Positions 1-10,995 of a stretch of 64,000 nucleotides of DNA are shown one piece after another. The notes under the pieces are model-generated. The model searched no databases and was not told the DNA's origin. It saw only the letters and a list, made by a program, of their open reading frames with translations. Both the position numbers and the translations under genes were made by a program. Location: contig CAWGSK010000013.1 of assembly GCA_963825055.1 (NCBI GenBank), positions 64,001 through 128,000 on the forward strand. The letters are read 5' to 3'. This DNA comes from an uncultured Gemmatimonadales bacterium (GTDB taxonomy: Bacteria > Gemmatimonadota > Gemmatimonadetes > Gemmatimonadales > GWC2-71-9). Positions within the stretch are counted from its first letter, which is position 1, and every line of letters begins with the position of its first letter.

Positions 1-30
1 GTAGCCGATCGAAGCGAGAAACGCAGTCAT
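1..30 (-). CDS. nuoM: NADH-quinone oxidoreductase subunit M, 5' end only (runs off window)
   Basis: ATG at 30 (MTAFLASIGY...) 7 nt after the nuoL stop; identity inferred from canonical nuo gene order only. Confidence 0.55.
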   Translation of the reverse strand, partial: MTAFLASIGY

Positions 31-37
31 CAGGCCT

Positions 38-2080
38 TCAGAGAACGACGGTGCGAAGGATCCACAGGGCGCCTACCAGGAACGCGACGATGTACACCCC
101 GACGTAGCCGGTCTGGAGCAGGCTGCCCATCCCGCCCAGGAACCGGGAGAAGCCCGCCGCCCCGTTCACCCCGGCGCCGTCGATGCCCCGCTGGTCCACG
201 CCCTGCCAGAGCACCCGGCGGGACAGCCACACCAGGGGCCGGACGATAGCGGCATCGTACAGTTCGTCGATGTAGTACTTGTGGTATACCACCCGCCAGA
301 AGCCATGCTCCTCCCCGGCCTCCGCGGCGGGGACGATCTTCTGCGCGAGCGTCATCCGGTAGCCGGCGATGAGGCCGGTGATCGCGACCAGGACCGCGAG
401 CCCGACCAGCAGCCACTCCGTGTTGACCGGCATCTCGTGTGGCGTGGTGAGGGCGGCGGAGCCGGCCGTGACCGGGTCGAGCCAGCCCTCCAGTGCAGGA
501 TGGAACCCGAAGAGGTGCGGCAGGTTGATCGCCCCGCCCACCAGGCTCAGGATTCCGAGCATGAGGAGCGGGCCGGTCATGATCCACGGTGCCTCGTGCA
601 GGTGCTCCCGCTCGGCCTCGCCGGTCCGGTTCCCGCCGAAGAACGTCATGGCCATGAGGCGCGCCATGTAGAACGCGGTGAGGAGCGCCGCGAGCAGCCC
701 CACGCCGTAGAAGACATAGAAGAGGGGGTGGTCCGCGCCCCGCGCGATGGTCTGCGCCAGGATCTCGTCCTTGCTGAAGAAGCCGCTGAAGGGCGGGATA
801 CCGGCAATGGCAAGCGTGGCGATGCTCATCAGCGCGAAGGTCCACGGCATGGCGCGCCGCAGGCCGCCCATGTTCCGCATGTCCTGCGGATCGGCGTCGC
901 TGTGCGTGTGGTGCAGGGCGTGGTGCATCGCGTGGATCACGCTGCCCGCACCCAGGAAGAGCAGTGCCTTGAAGAAGGCGTGCGTCACCAGGTGGAAGAT
1001 GCCCGCGGCAAACGCCCCCGCGCCGACCCCCAGGAACATGTAGCCGAGCTGGGAGATGGTGGAGTAGGCCAGGACCTTCTTGATGTCGTACTGCCGGAGC
1101 CCGATCGTTGCCGCGAAGAGCGCGGTGGCGGCGCCGATGCCCGCGGTCACCATGCTGGAGACCGGCGCCAGCGTGAACAGGATGTTCGACCGGGTCACGA
1201 GGTACACGCCCGCAGTGACCATCGTGGCGGCATGGATCAGGGCGGAGACGGGCGTCGGGCCGGCCATCGCGTCGGGCAGCCAGGTATAGAGCGGAATCTG
1301 GGCCGACTTGCCGGTGCAGCCGAGCAGCAGGAACAGCGTGATGGTGGTCACCGTGCCGCCGCCCAGCGCCAGCACCCCGGGCGCGCGGGCGAACACGTCG
1401 ACGAAGTTCAGCGACCCCACTGCCTGCCAGATCATGAACATCGCGATCAGGAACCCGAAATCGCCGATCCGGTTCACGATGAAGGCCTTCTTGCCGGCGT
1501 CGGCGTTCACCTTGCCGTTGTACCAGAACCCGATCAGCAGGTAGCTGCAGAGCCCCACCCCTTCCCAGCCGATGAACATGAGCGGGAAGCTCGAACCCAG
1601 GACGAGGATGAGCATGAAGGCCACGAAGAGGTTCAGGTACGCGAAGTAACGCGCGTAACCCGGGTCCTCGTACATGTACCCGATGCTGAAGAGGTGGATC
1701 AGGCTGCCGACGCCGGTCACGACCAGGAGCATGACTGTGGACAGCTGGTCCACCTGGAAGGCGAAGTCCACCTGGAGCGACCCGACGGGCAGCCAGTGCC
1801 ACAGCGAGACGACGTACGGCGCCTCGGGGTGTGCCCCGCGCACCGCCAGGAAGACCAGGATCGCGAGCCCGAAGGCCGCGAGCAGCACGCCCGCGCCCAC
1901 CGCCGAGACCAGCCCGCGGGCCTTCGGTTTCACGAAGGCGATCGTGCCGTTGACCAGGAAACCCGCGAAGGGCAGCAGGATGGCCAGCCAGATCCAGTCG
2001 GCGGCCGTGCCGGCAAGGCTTCCCGCGGGCGCGGCGGCACCATGCCCCGCCGCCTGCAGGGACAGCAGGATGGGTATCAT
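38..2080 (-). CDS. nuoL: NADH-quinone oxidoreductase subunit L
   Basis: GKSAQIPLYTWLPDAMAGPTPVSALIHAATMVTAG, IKKVLAYSTISQLG; ATG 2080 overlaps nuoK stop. Confidence 0.97.
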   Translation of the reverse strand: MIPILLSLQAAGHGAAAPAGSLAGTAADWIWLAILLPFAGFLVNGTIAFVKPKARGLVSAVGAGVLLAAFGLAILVFLAVRGAHPEAPYVVSLWHWLPVGSLQVDFAFQVDQLSTVMLLVVTGVGSLIHLFSIGYMYEDPGYARYFAYLNLFVAFMLILVLGSSFPLMFIGWEGVGLCSYLLIGFWYNGKVNADAGKKAFIVNRIGDFGFLIAMFMIWQAVGSLNFVDVFARAPGVLALGGGTVTTITLFLLLGCTGKSAQIPLYTWLPDAMAGPTPVSALIHAATMVTAGVYLVTRSNILFTLAPVSSMVTAGIGAATALFAATIGLRQYDIKKVLAYSTISQLGYMFLGVGAGAFAAGIFHLVTHAFFKALLFLGAGSVIHAMHHALHHTHSDADPQDMRNMGGLRRAMPWTFALMSIATLAIAGIPPFSGFFSKDEILAQTIARGADHPLFYVFYGVGLLAALLTAFYMARLMAMTFFGGNRTGEAEREHLHEAPWIMTGPLLMLGILSLVGGAINLPHLFGFHPALEGWLDPVTAGSAALTTPHEMPVNTEWLLVGLAVLVAITGLIAGYRMTLAQKIVPAAEAGEEHGFWRVVYHKYYIDELYDAAIVRPLVWLSRRVLWQGVDQRGIDGAGVNGAAGFSRFLGGMGSLLQTGYVGVYIVAFLVGALWILRTVVL

Positions 2081-2376
2081 CAGCCCTTGAGGAGGTTGAT
2101 GGTGTTCAGGTCGACCGACTCGGTGTGCCGGAAGATCGCCAGGATGATCGCGAGCCCGACCGCCGCCTCGGCGGCCGCGACAGTCATGACGAAGAAGACG
2201 ATGACCTGTCCGCTCAGGCCATGCACCTGCCCCAGCGCCACGAAGCTCAGGTTCACGGCGTTGAGCATGAGCTCGATGCACATAAAGAGCACGATGGCGT
2301 TGCGCCGGATGAGCACCCCGGCGACGCCGATGGCAAAGAGGACGGCCGAAAGCAGCAGGGCGTGACCCGTGAGCAT
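2080..2376 (-). CDS. nuoK: NADH-quinone oxidoreductase subunit K
   Basis: [31 protein letters not shown]. Confidence 0.97.
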   Translation of the reverse strand: MLTGHALLLSAVLFAIGVAGVLIRRNAIVLFMCIELMLNAVNLSFVALGQVHGLSGQVIVFFVMTVAAAEAAVGLAIILAIFRHTESVDLNTINLLKG

Positions 2377-2933
2377 CAGAGTCTCCGCTTCGCGAGGACG
2401 ACCGCGCCGACGATGGCCGCCAGCAGCAGGATCGAGGTGACTTCGAACGGAATCAGGTACTGGAGGAAGAGCGGCTGGGCCACGGCGCCCACCACACCCT
2501 GCGACTCGGTGAGCGCCTGGCCGGCCTGGGCCGCCGGGAAGATCACCGCCGGGTTGGCGAAACCCTCGGCCCGGGTGAACTCGAGCGTCAGCCGCTCAGG
2601 GCTGTATCCGGCCAGTGGCGCGAGCTGGCTCACCAGCACGCCCAGCACGATCATCGCCAGGAGCCACCAGGGCGCCCGCCGGAGGTCTGTCTTCGCGTGG
2701 TCCAGGTTGAGCAGCATGATGACGAAGAGGAACAGCACCATGATGGCGCCGGCGTATACCAGCACCTGGATCACGCCGATGAAATAGGCCTGGAGCAGCA
2801 CGTAGATGGCAGCGAGCGAGAACATGGTGCTCACCAGCCACAGCGCCGCCGAGACGGGGTTCCGCTGGGTGATGCAGAGCAGGGCCGAGCCGACGGCCAC
2901 CACGGCGAAGAGCCAGAAGACGACCTCGGTCAT
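2376..2933 (-). CDS. nuoJ: NADH-quinone oxidoreductase subunit J
   Basis: [37 protein letters not shown]. Confidence 0.96.
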   Translation of the reverse strand: MTEVVFWLFAVVAVGSALLCITQRNPVSAALWLVSTMFSLAAIYVLLQAYFIGVIQVLVYAGAIMVLFLFVIMLLNLDHAKTDLRRAPWWLLAMIVLGVLVSQLAPLAGYSPERLTLEFTRAEGFANPAVIFPAAQAGQALTESQGVVGAVAQPLFLQYLIPFEVTSILLLAAIVGAVVLAKRRL

Positions 2934-3458
2934 CTATTCGCCCCTCGGATCCGTGGGGTCCCACAGGGTGGACACCGGATGCGTCTGGGCCGACAGCCGT
3001 TCCAGGTCGTACACGAACCGCTCCCGGCTGTACTCGGCGTTCTCGTAGTGCACCCCGACGTGGATCGCCTCCTCGGGACAGACCTCCTGGCAGTACCCGC
3101 AGAAGACGCAGCGGAACTCGTCGATTTCGTAGATCAGCGGATAACGGTTCCCTGCCTCGTCCTCACCCGGCACCAGCTTGATGCAGTTGGCCGGGCAGAT
3201 CTGGGGACAGAGGCCGCAGGCCACGCACTTGGAACGGCCCTGCTCGTCGGTCAGCATCCGGTGGGTGCCGCGCCAGCGCGGCGACAGGCTCCACGCCCCC
3301 GCCCCGTGGCCGGGATCGGTGGACTTCTGCTCCGGGTATTGCATCGTGACCCGGGGCTGGAACATGTGCTTGAACGTGAGCGCCATCCCCTTGAGGGTGG
3401 CGCGGACATAGCTGACCCGCGCGACGGGGCGCGGCAGCACCTTGGTACCAATCGCCAT
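2934..3458 (-). CDS. nuoI: NADH-quinone oxidoreductase subunit I
   Basis: Two CxxCxxCxxxCP motifs (CVACGLCPQICP, CVFCGYCQEVCP). Confidence 0.97.
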   Translation of the reverse strand: MAIGTKVLPRPVARVSYVRATLKGMALTFKHMFQPRVTMQYPEQKSTDPGHGAGAWSLSPRWRGTHRMLTDEQGRSKCVACGLCPQICPANCIKLVPGEDEAGNRYPLIYEIDEFRCVFCGYCQEVCPEEAIHVGVHYENAEYSRERFVYDLERLSAQTHPVSTLWDPTDPRGE

Positions 3459-4705
3459 CAGGACTCCAGCGCCGGCTTCGACGCCCGGGCGGCGGCAAGC
3501 CGCTTATCCCGGGACATGGAACCGGCGATGATCGTGTTGCGGTCCACCAGGAAGAAGACGACCCAGCCGATGATCAGGTTGAGCCCGAACAGCGCGAGGC
3601 TGGCGGGCAGGACTCCGAGGCCCAGGACCTGGTCGATCACGTAGATCGCGGTCGCAATGACCATGATGTACCCCAGCGCCATCGGCAGCATGACCTTCCA
3701 GCCCAGCGACATGAGCTGGTCGAAGCGGAACCGTGGCAGGGTCCAGCGCACCCACATGAAGAGGAAGACGAAGAACATCACCTTCAGGAAGAGGAACGCT
3801 CCCGTCGCCAGCGCCGCGAGGATGCTGCCGGAGGTCTGGTCCCACGTGATGAAGGGAATATCCCATCCGCCCAGGAAGAGGGTGCTCACCATCGCCGAGA
3901 CGGTGACCATGTTGGCGTACTCGGCAATGAAGAAGAGCGAGAACTTCATCGCGCTGTATTCGCTGTGATACCCCGCGACCAGTTCCGACTCGGCCTCCGG
4001 CAGGTCGAATGGGACACGGTTGGTTTCCGCGAAGCCCGACACGAGGAAGATGAAGAACGAGAGGAAGAGCGGCAGGATGAACCAGGTCGAACCCTGCTGT
4101 GAGGCGATGATCGCGCTGAAGGAAACGTTCCCCGCCAGCAGGAGCACCGGGATGAGCGACAGTCCCATCGCCACTTCATAGGACACCATCTGGGCGCTCG
4201 CCCGCAGGCCGCCCAGCAGGCTGTACTTGCTGTTGCTGCTCCAGCCCGCCAGCGCGATCCCGTAGACCCCGAGCGAGCTGACCGCCAGGATGAACAGGAA
4301 CCCCACCGGCAGGTCCGCCACGGCCATCGGCATCAGGCCGTGGTGGACGAAGCGGCCCACGATCGGCCAGGAAAAGTCGAAATTGACGTTGAACGGCGCC
4401 GCCCAGGGGATTACTGCCCCGAGCAGCAGGGCCGGGATGAACGCCAGCGCGGGTGCCACCGTAAAGAGGACGGGGCTCGACGCCGCCGGGTACGTCTCTT
4501 CCTTCAGGATGTTCTTGAGGCCGTCAGCCGCCGGCTGCAGCAGCCCCGCATAGCCGACCCGGTTCGGTCCGAGCCGGTTCTGCATCCAGGCGCTCACCTT
4601 CCGCTCCATCAGCGTCAGCAGGGCCACGCCCACCAGCGTCACCGTGAAGACCGCCAGCATCCGTAGCACCGCGAGCAGCAGGTACCCTTTCAGTTCGGGC
4701 GTCAC
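3458..4705 (-). CDS. nuoH: NADH-quinone oxidoreductase subunit H
   Basis: ERKVSAWMQNRLGPNRVG, AETNRVPFDLPEAESELVAGY. Confidence 0.97.
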   Translation of the reverse strand: MTPELKGYLLLAVLRMLAVFTVTLVGVALLTLMERKVSAWMQNRLGPNRVGYAGLLQPAADGLKNILKEETYPAASSPVLFTVAPALAFIPALLLGAVIPWAAPFNVNFDFSWPIVGRFVHHGLMPMAVADLPVGFLFILAVSSLGVYGIALAGWSSNSKYSLLGGLRASAQMVSYEVAMGLSLIPVLLLAGNVSFSAIIASQQGSTWFILPLFLSFFIFLVSGFAETNRVPFDLPEAESELVAGYHSEYSAMKFSLFFIAEYANMVTVSAMVSTLFLGGWDIPFITWDQTSGSILAALATGAFLFLKVMFFVFLFMWVRWTLPRFRFDQLMSLGWKVMLPMALGYIMVIATAIYVIDQVLGLGVLPASLALFGLNLIIGWVVFFLVDRNTIIAGSMSRDKRLAAARASKPALES

Positions 4706-6273
4706 CGGCTCGCTCCCGCGGTAGCCGCATCCCGCACCGTGCGGCCCGAAAAGCCGAGCGCGGCATGGGTGAGGCCGCCGAAGGCGGGCAGCGTGTCGGC
4801 CAGCACGGCGAAGGCCTGGGCGGCGTCCGAGGGCGGGTCGAACGAGGGGTCGGCGAGGGCCAGCGCCTCACCCGCCACCCACCACGCGGGCCGGGCCATG
4901 CCGGGTGCGGTGCGGGCCTGCATGTAGCGCTGTACCCGCCCGTCACGATTCACGAAGGTGCCGTTCTCCTCGACCATGTTCGCGATCGGGAGAACCACCT
5001 CGGCCCGGGCGTCCAGTTCCGACATGGCGGTCCCGAGAATCACGACCTTCGCCTGTGGGCCGATTCGCTCCCTGAGCCGCTCGTCCAGGTCCAGGTCGAG
5101 CACCACCACCAGGGCCGCGCCGTCCAGCGCATTCACGGCGGCGCCCCATTCCGCGTCCACCCCCACCAGCCGGGCCCCCGTGGCGTTGGCCGTCCGCTCG
5201 CGGCGGAGCGCCAGGTCCGGGATGCCGGCCAGCGGCGCTTCATCGCCCATGGGCACATGGACCGCGGCCGTGGTGCCGTCGCCCAGGAACCGGCGGAGCA
5301 GGCCGAGCGCCTCCGTGGAGCTTCGTCCGGACGCGAGCAGGACGGCGGACCCGCTGCCCCGGAGTGACGCAAGCCGGGCGAGCGCGGTCTCCCAGTCGGT
5401 GGCCCGGTGGCGGCCGTCCTCGAGTACCAGCGGCGCCTCAATCCGGTCGCCCCGGTTCATCCAGCGGTAGTCGGCCCGCCCCGTGTCGCACATGAAGTGT
5501 CGGTTCACCTCGAGATTCGGGCGGGGCCGGAGCCGCACGACGTTCGATTCGCGGGTGTCGACCATCATGTTGCAGCCCTGGCTGCATCCGGGACAGACAC
5601 TCGCCGTCTTGTCCAGGTCCCACGCGCGGGCCTTGTGCAGGAAGTCCTTGCTGATGAGCGAGCCGACGGGGCAGAGGTCCACCACGTTGCCCGACCACTC
5701 GTGGTCCAGCCGGTGGCCCTGGTCGATGCCGATGAAGGCGCGGTCGCCGCGCTCGGAGACGTTCAGCACCGGCTCTTCCGCCACATCCTCCATGAACCGC
5801 ACGCAGCGGGTGCAGAGGATGCAGCGGTTCGGCACGTACAGGATGTCCGGCCCGAAATCCTCCACCGGGTTGTACCGCTTGGCGTAGTCATCGTACCGGC
5901 TGCCCTTGCGGCCCTCCTGGAACACGTAATCCTGGAGCTCGCATTCGCCGGCCTGGTCGCAGATCGGGCAGTCGAGCGGGTGGTTGATGAGCAGCAGCTC
6001 GAGGACGCCCTCGCGGGCCTCCTTCGCCTTGTCGCTGTTCACCTGGACCACCTGCCCGTCGGCCACGCTGGTGACGCAGGCGGGCATGAGCTTCGGGGCC
6101 TTCTCCACTTCCACCAGGCACATGCGGCAGACCGCCGGGGCCGGCAGGGAGGGATGGTAGCAATAGTGCGGGATCAGGATGCCGGCCTGCTTGGCCGCCT
6201 CGATGATCGAGGTGCCCTTCGGCACCTGCACCTGCTGCCCGTCGATGGTGACGGTGACGAGTTCCTGGGTCAT
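4702..6273 (-). CDS. nuoG: NADH-quinone oxidoreductase subunit G (short form, 523 aa)
   Basis: IPHYCYHP..CRMCLVE, NHPLDCPICDQAGECELQD, CILCTRCVRF, CPGCSQGC. Confidence 0.95.
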   Translation of the reverse strand: MTQELVTVTIDGQQVQVPKGTSIIEAAKQAGILIPHYCYHPSLPAPAVCRMCLVEVEKAPKLMPACVTSVADGQVVQVNSDKAKEAREGVLELLLINHPLDCPICDQAGECELQDYVFQEGRKGSRYDDYAKRYNPVEDFGPDILYVPNRCILCTRCVRFMEDVAEEPVLNVSERGDRAFIGIDQGHRLDHEWSGNVVDLCPVGSLISKDFLHKARAWDLDKTASVCPGCSQGCNMMVDTRESNVVRLRPRPNLEVNRHFMCDTGRADYRWMNRGDRIEAPLVLEDGRHRATDWETALARLASLRGSGSAVLLASGRSSTEALGLLRRFLGDGTTAAVHVPMGDEAPLAGIPDLALRRERTANATGARLVGVDAEWGAAVNALDGAALVVVLDLDLDERLRERIGPQAKVVILGTAMSELDARAEVVLPIANMVEENGTFVNRDGRVQRYMQARTAPGMARPAWWVAGEALALADPSFDPPSDAAQAFAVLADTLPAFGGLTHAALGFSGRTVRDAATAGASR

Positions 6274-7583
6274 GCATGGACTCCGGCCATGACCGGGGCA
6301 CGGTCGCCCGAGACGTAGGCCTCGAATTCATTCCGGAATTTCTGGATGCCGCTCACGACGGGGGCGGCACATGAGTCGCTCAGCACGCAGATGGTCTTGC
6401 CGGTCATCTGCTCCGAGAGGTCGAGCAGGAGCTGGAGGTCCTCGTCCTTCCCTTCCCCGGCCAGGATCCGCTCCAGGATCTTGACCGTCCACGCCGTGCC
6501 CTCGCGGCACTGGGTGCACTGTGCGCAGCTTTCGTGCGCATAGAACCGGGCGAGCCGGTAGATCTGGTAGACCATGTCGGCGGAGTCATCCATGACGATC
6601 ATCCCGCCCGAGCCCAGCATGGAGCCCTGCGCAACCACCCCCTCGTAGTCCATGAGGCAGGCGTCCGCTTCGGCCACGGTCATGATCGGCACCGACGAGC
6701 CGCCCGGGATCACCGCCTTGAGCGTCCGGCCCGGGGGCGGCCCGCCGCAGAGGTCGTAGATGAGTTCCTTCATCGGGAAGCCCATCGTGATCTCGTAGTT
6801 GCCGGGCCGCTGGATGTGGCCGCAGACCGAGATCAGCTTGGTGCCGGTGCTCTTCGGGTTGCTGAGCGAAAGACCCTTGTACCACGCCGCGCCCCGCTTC
6901 AGGATGTGCGGCACCGCGGCCAGGGTCTCGACGTTGTTCACCGTGGTGGGAAGCCCGAACGCGCCGGCCTGCGCCGGGAAGGGCGGCTTGATGCGCGGGT
7001 TGCCGCGGCGCCCTTCCAGCGAGTTGAGCATCGCGGTTTCCTCGCCGCAGATGTAGGCGCCGGCCCCGCGGTGGAGAATCATGTCGATCCGTTTCCCGCT
7101 GCCGAGCGCGTTGGCGCCCAGCACGCCCTTCTCGTACGCTTCCGCCACGGCGCGGGTCATGATCCGCCACGGCTCGGTGAACTCGCCGCGGATATAGACG
7201 TAGCAGCGCTCGGCGCCGATGGCGTACGCCCCGATCGCGCACCCCTCGATGAGGCCGTGGGGGGTCCACCGCATGATCTCGCGGTCCTTGAAGGTCCCGG
7301 GCTCGGATTCGTCGGCGTTGCAGACGAGGAAGTGCGCCTTGCCGTCGTCCTTCGGCATGAAGGACCACTTGAGCCCCGTCGGGAAGCCGGCGCCGCCCCG
7401 GCCGCGCAGGCCGGATTCCTTGACCACCTCGATGATCTGGTCGGGGGTCATGCCGAGCGCCTGGCGGAGCGACTCGTAGCCGCCGAGGGCGACCCACCCG
7501 TCGTAGGTCTGGGCGGACTCGTTCCCGAAGTGCTCCGACAGGACCGGCGTTTCCTTCGGGTGGCTCGGGTGCGGGTAGCCCAT
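6270..7583 (-). CDS. nuoF: NADH-quinone oxidoreductase subunit F
   Basis: SGLRGRGGAGFPTGLKW, NADESEPGTFKDR, GAGAYICGEET, ESCAQCTQCREG; ATG 7583 overlaps nuoE stop. Confidence 0.97.
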   Translation of the reverse strand: MGYPHPSHPKETPVLSEHFGNESAQTYDGWVALGGYESLRQALGMTPDQIIEVVKESGLRGRGGAGFPTGLKWSFMPKDDGKAHFLVCNADESEPGTFKDREIMRWTPHGLIEGCAIGAYAIGAERCYVYIRGEFTEPWRIMTRAVAEAYEKGVLGANALGSGKRIDMILHRGAGAYICGEETAMLNSLEGRRGNPRIKPPFPAQAGAFGLPTTVNNVETLAAVPHILKRGAAWYKGLSLSNPKSTGTKLISVCGHIQRPGNYEITMGFPMKELIYDLCGGPPPGRTLKAVIPGGSSVPIMTVAEADACLMDYEGVVAQGSMLGSGGMIVMDDSADMVYQIYRLARFYAHESCAQCTQCREGTAWTVKILERILAGEGKDEDLQLLLDLSEQMTGKTICVLSDSCAAPVVSGIQKFRNEFEAYVSGDRAPVMAGVHA

Positions 7584-8113
7584 TACTTGTAGCCCTCCAG
7601 GATCCCCGGGACGCGCTCCGGCGTCACGTTCTCGAGGAAGTCGTCGTTCACCAGCACCGGCGTCGGGAAACCGCAGGCGCCCAGGCACTCGACCTCGATC
7701 ACCGTGAAGCGGCCGTCGGGGCTGGTCCGCCCCAGCTCGCCGCAGCCGGTCTCCCGCAGGATGGCCTTCACGGTTTCCTCGGCCCCGCAGAGGTTGCACG
7801 GGCTCGTGGTGCAGACCTGGATGAAGTGGCGGCCCACGGGATGGGTGTGGTACATCGTATAGAAGGTGACCACGCCCTTCACCTGCGCCGGCGTCAGGCC
7901 GAGCACGTCGGCCACCTCCGCGATGGCGGGCTCGGAGATCCAGCCCCGGGCCTCCTGCACCATCCAGAGGGCCGGGAGCAGCGCGGCCCGCTTCGTCGGG
8001 TACTGGTCGAACAGGCGCTCCAGCTTCGCGCGCATATCGCCCACGAAAACGGGCTCGTACGGCTCCGTCTCGTGCGCGACCGCGTCGCCGGGCGCGGCGC
8101 CCCCGGTGCTCAT
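7583..8113 (-). CDS. nuoE: NADH-quinone oxidoreductase subunit E
   Basis: VVTFYTMY, CTTSPC, ECLGAC 2Fe-2S ligands; ATG 8113. Confidence 0.95.
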   Translation of the reverse strand: MSTGGAAPGDAVAHETEPYEPVFVGDMRAKLERLFDQYPTKRAALLPALWMVQEARGWISEPAIAEVADVLGLTPAQVKGVVTFYTMYHTHPVGRHFIQVCTTSPCNLCGAEETVKAILRETGCGELGRTSPDGRFTVIEVECLGACGFPTPVLVNDDFLENVTPERVPGILEGYK

Positions 8114-9384
8114 CGGTCCACCTCTCCCATGACGATGTCGATGCTGGCGTTGATGGCGATCACGTCGGAGAGCAGCGCGCCCTCGCAGAGCGCGGGCAGC
8201 GCGGCCAGGTTGATGAAGGCCGGGGGCCGGATGCGCCACCGGACCGGCTTGGCGGTGCCGTCGGAGACGAAATAGTAGCCCAGCTCGCCCTTCGGGTTCT
8301 CGATGCCCATGTAGGCCTCGCCGATCGGCGGCTTGACCCCCTCCATGACCTGCTTGAAGTGATGGATCATCGCCTCCATGTCGCTCATCGCCCGCGACTT
8401 GGGCGGCAGGATGACCCGCGGGTCGTCCACGTTGATCGGCCCGGGCTTCAACCGGTCGAGCGCCTGCTCGATGATCCGGTTCGACTGGTACATCTCCTCC
8501 AGGCGCACGCGGTAGCGGTCGTAGATGTCGCCGTGCTCGCCCACCGGGACGTCGAAGTCGTAGGTCTCGTAGCCCAGGTACGGGCGGTCCTTCCGGACGT
8601 CGTAGTCGACCCCGCTGGCCCGGAGCATCGGGCCGGAGAGCGAGTAGTTGATGGCGTCCTCGCCGCTCATCGCCCCGACGCCCTGGGTGCGCCCGATCCA
8701 GATGGCGTTCCGGGTGAACATGGTGTCCACCTCGTCCAGCACCTTCGGAAACGTGCGGCAGAAGGAGCGCATCCCCTCGGTCCAGCCATCGGGGATGTCG
8801 GCCATGAGGCCGCCGATCCGGGTGAGGCTGGTCGTGAGCCGGGCGCCGGTCCACGCCTCCTGGAGGTTGTAGATCACCTCGCGCTGCTGGAAGGACCAGA
8901 GGAACGGCGTATAGGCGCCGAGGTCGATCCCCGTGGTCCCGAGCCAGACGAGGTGGGAGATGATGCGGCTCATCTCACACGCGATCACGCGGAGCACGCG
9001 GCAGCGCTCGGTGATCTCGATCGCCATGAGCTTCTCGGCCGCCAGCGCGAGGCAGACGTTGTTCGCCATCGGCGCCAGGTAGTCGGTCCGGTCGGTGAGG
9101 GGGATGATCTGGTTGTAATGGCGGTATTCGCCAAGCTTTTCGAACCCGCTGTGCAGGTACCCGACATGCGGGATACAGCGGATCACCACCTCCCCTTCGA
9201 GCTCGAGCACCAGCCGCAGCACGCCGTGCGTGGCCGGATGCTGGGGGCCGATGTTGATCAGCATGTGCTCGCGGCCCAGCGGGTCGACGTCTTCCGCGGC
9301 CACGCCCAGGGGCAGGCGGATGGGGTTGCCCTGCTCGTCGAGGCCGGTAGTGGCCAGTTCCAGCTCGACCGTGCGCGTGCTCAT
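8110..9384 (-). CDS. nuoD: NADH-quinone oxidoreductase subunit D
   Basis: GPQHPATHGVLRL, GYLHSGFEK, ENPKGELG, DIVMGEVDR. Confidence 0.97.
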   Translation of the reverse strand: MSTRTVELELATTGLDEQGNPIRLPLGVAAEDVDPLGREHMLINIGPQHPATHGVLRLVLELEGEVVIRCIPHVGYLHSGFEKLGEYRHYNQIIPLTDRTDYLAPMANNVCLALAAEKLMAIEITERCRVLRVIACEMSRIISHLVWLGTTGIDLGAYTPFLWSFQQREVIYNLQEAWTGARLTTSLTRIGGLMADIPDGWTEGMRSFCRTFPKVLDEVDTMFTRNAIWIGRTQGVGAMSGEDAINYSLSGPMLRASGVDYDVRKDRPYLGYETYDFDVPVGEHGDIYDRYRVRLEEMYQSNRIIEQALDRLKPGPINVDDPRVILPPKSRAMSDMEAMIHHFKQVMEGVKPPIGEAYMGIENPKGELGYYFVSDGTAKPVRWRIRPPAFINLAALPALCEGALLSDVIAINASIDIVMGEVDR

Positions 9385-9998
9385 TTGACAGCCCCGCGCT
9401 CGCCGCGCGACAGCCGTTCCCGCACGTCCTCGGGAAGCTCGTCGTATGCGTCGGCGATTGACAGTTCCTCCAGCGAGTAGTGCGCCTCGGGGTTCCCGGC
9501 CAGGGCCTGCCGCGTCTGCTCGCTCCGGCTGAAATGCCCGCGGAGCGGGAAGTCCTTCCGGAGCGGGTAGCCCTCGGAATAGGTCTCCCACATGAGGATG
9601 CGGCGGAGGTCCGGATGCCCCGCGAACGTGATGCCAAACATGTCGTACACCTCGCGCTCCATCCAGTCGGCGCCGCGCCACAGGTCCACCACCGAATCCA
9701 CCTCCAGGGGGCCTGCCTTGTCGAGTGTCGCCTTGACCCGCAGGTCCGCCCGGCGCTCGAGCGACCGGAGCTGGTAGACCACCTCCAGGTCGCGTTCACG
9801 GTCGCGGTACTCGACGGCGGTGATGTCGGTGAGGTAGTTGAACGCCTGCCCCGGCGTGTCGCGGAGCCAGGCCAGGACGTCGTGGGCCCGGTCCCGGTCC
9901 ACGAACACGATGCTGTCACCGCACGACACCTCGGCACGGCCGATGGCGTCGCCGAACGCGGCGCGGAGCGCGGCCACCGACGGGCTCGGGGCCGTCAT
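9381..9998 (-). CDS. nuoC: NADH-quinone oxidoreductase subunit C
   Basis: [31 protein letters not shown]. Confidence 0.97.
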   Translation of the reverse strand: MTAPSPSVAALRAAFGDAIGRAEVSCGDSIVFVDRDRAHDVLAWLRDTPGQAFNYLTDITAVEYRDRERDLEVVYQLRSLERRADLRVKATLDKAGPLEVDSVVDLWRGADWMEREVYDMFGITFAGHPDLRRILMWETYSEGYPLRKDFPLRGHFSRSEQTRQALAGNPEAHYSLEELSIADAYDELPEDVRERLSRGERGAVK

Positions 9999-10630
9999 GC
10001 GGAGCGGGTCTGGTGCACGGAGTTGCCGAACGGCTCGCTCAATTCGTCCACCCGCTCGGGCGGCAGGAACATGCCGCGCTCATCCACCAGCTGCTCGTCA
10101 CGCAGCGTCGGGTCCACGAAACTCTCCCCGCGGATCTTCTTCTGGAGCAGCATGATGCCGTAGAGCAGGCCCTCGGGGCGCGGCGGGCATCCCGGGACGT
10201 AGATGTCCACCGGGATGATCGTGTCGATCCCCTGCACCATGGCGTAGTTGTCGAAGATGCCGCCCGAACTGGCGCAGGCGCCCATGGAGATTGCCCACTT
10301 CGGCTGCGGCATCTGGTCCCAGATCTTCCGGATGACCGGCGCCAGCTTGAACGGCAGCCGGCCGGCACAGATCAGGACGTCGGCCTGGCGGGGCGAGAAG
10401 CTCTGGCGCTCCATGCCGAAGCGGGCAAGGTCGAAGCGGCTCGCCGCGGTCGCCATGTACTCGATGGCGCAGCAGGCGGTCCCGAACGGCATGGGCCACA
10501 GGGAGTTGGACCGGGCCCAGTTGGACAGGAAGTCCAGGGTGGTCGTGATGAAGTTGGGTGACGCCACCGAGAGCTGGGGCGAGCCATCGATGGTCTGCCG
10601 GGTCTCGGTGGCAGGGTTGACTACTCCCAT
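9995..10630 (-). CDS. nuoB: NADH-quinone oxidoreductase subunit B
   Basis: [33 protein letters not shown]. Confidence 0.97.
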   Translation of the reverse strand: MGVVNPATETRQTIDGSPQLSVASPNFITTTLDFLSNWARSNSLWPMPFGTACCAIEYMATAASRFDLARFGMERQSFSPRQADVLICAGRLPFKLAPVIRKIWDQMPQPKWAISMGACASSGGIFDNYAMVQGIDTIIPVDIYVPGCPPRPEGLLYGIMLLQKKIRGESFVDPTLRDEQLVDERGMFLPPERVDELSEPFGNSVHQTRSA

Positions 10631-10986
10631 TCCAGCGCTCCTCGCTTCCAGACATACACATACCCGACCAGCAGGATCAGTACGAACACCAGCATCTCGA
10701 CCAGGAGCAGCCCGCGGAGGTCCGTCATCTGGTTGAAGGCAGCCGCCCAGGGAATCATGAACACGGCTTCGATGTCAAACACGATGAACAGCATCGCGAT
10801 GAGGTAGAACTTCACCGAAAACCGCTCACGCGCCGTACCGAGCACGGGCATTCCCGACTCGTACGGGGCGCGCTTGACGGCGGTGGGCCGGGAATTCGAG
10901 AGGACGGCCGACATCCCGATCATCAGGATCGCGTTGGCCACGACAAAGGCGAGAACGAGCAGGATCGGGATGTAGGTGTTGAGCAT
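10621..10986 (-). CDS. nuoA: NADH-quinone oxidoreductase subunit A
   Basis: [26 protein letters not shown]. Confidence 0.97.
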   Translation of the reverse strand: MLNTYIPILLVLAFVVANAILMIGMSAVLSNSRPTAVKRAPYESGMPVLGTARERFSVKFYLIAMLFIVFDIEAVFMIPWAAAFNQMTDLRGLLLVEMLVFVLILLVGYVYVWKRGALEWE

Positions 10987-10995
10987 CGGCCGGTT

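Noticed and set aside
4702..6273. Truncated nuoG pseudogene
   Set aside because: All Fe-S motifs and the C-terminal E..GTFVN..GRVQR motif are present with coupled overlaps on both sides, so it is a naturally short form.
281..9480. Long plus-strand ORFs opposite the nuo genes (likewise opposite sdhA, pepA, ligD)
   Set aside because: Antisense shadow ORFs expected from high-GC codon bias; no recognisable motifs.
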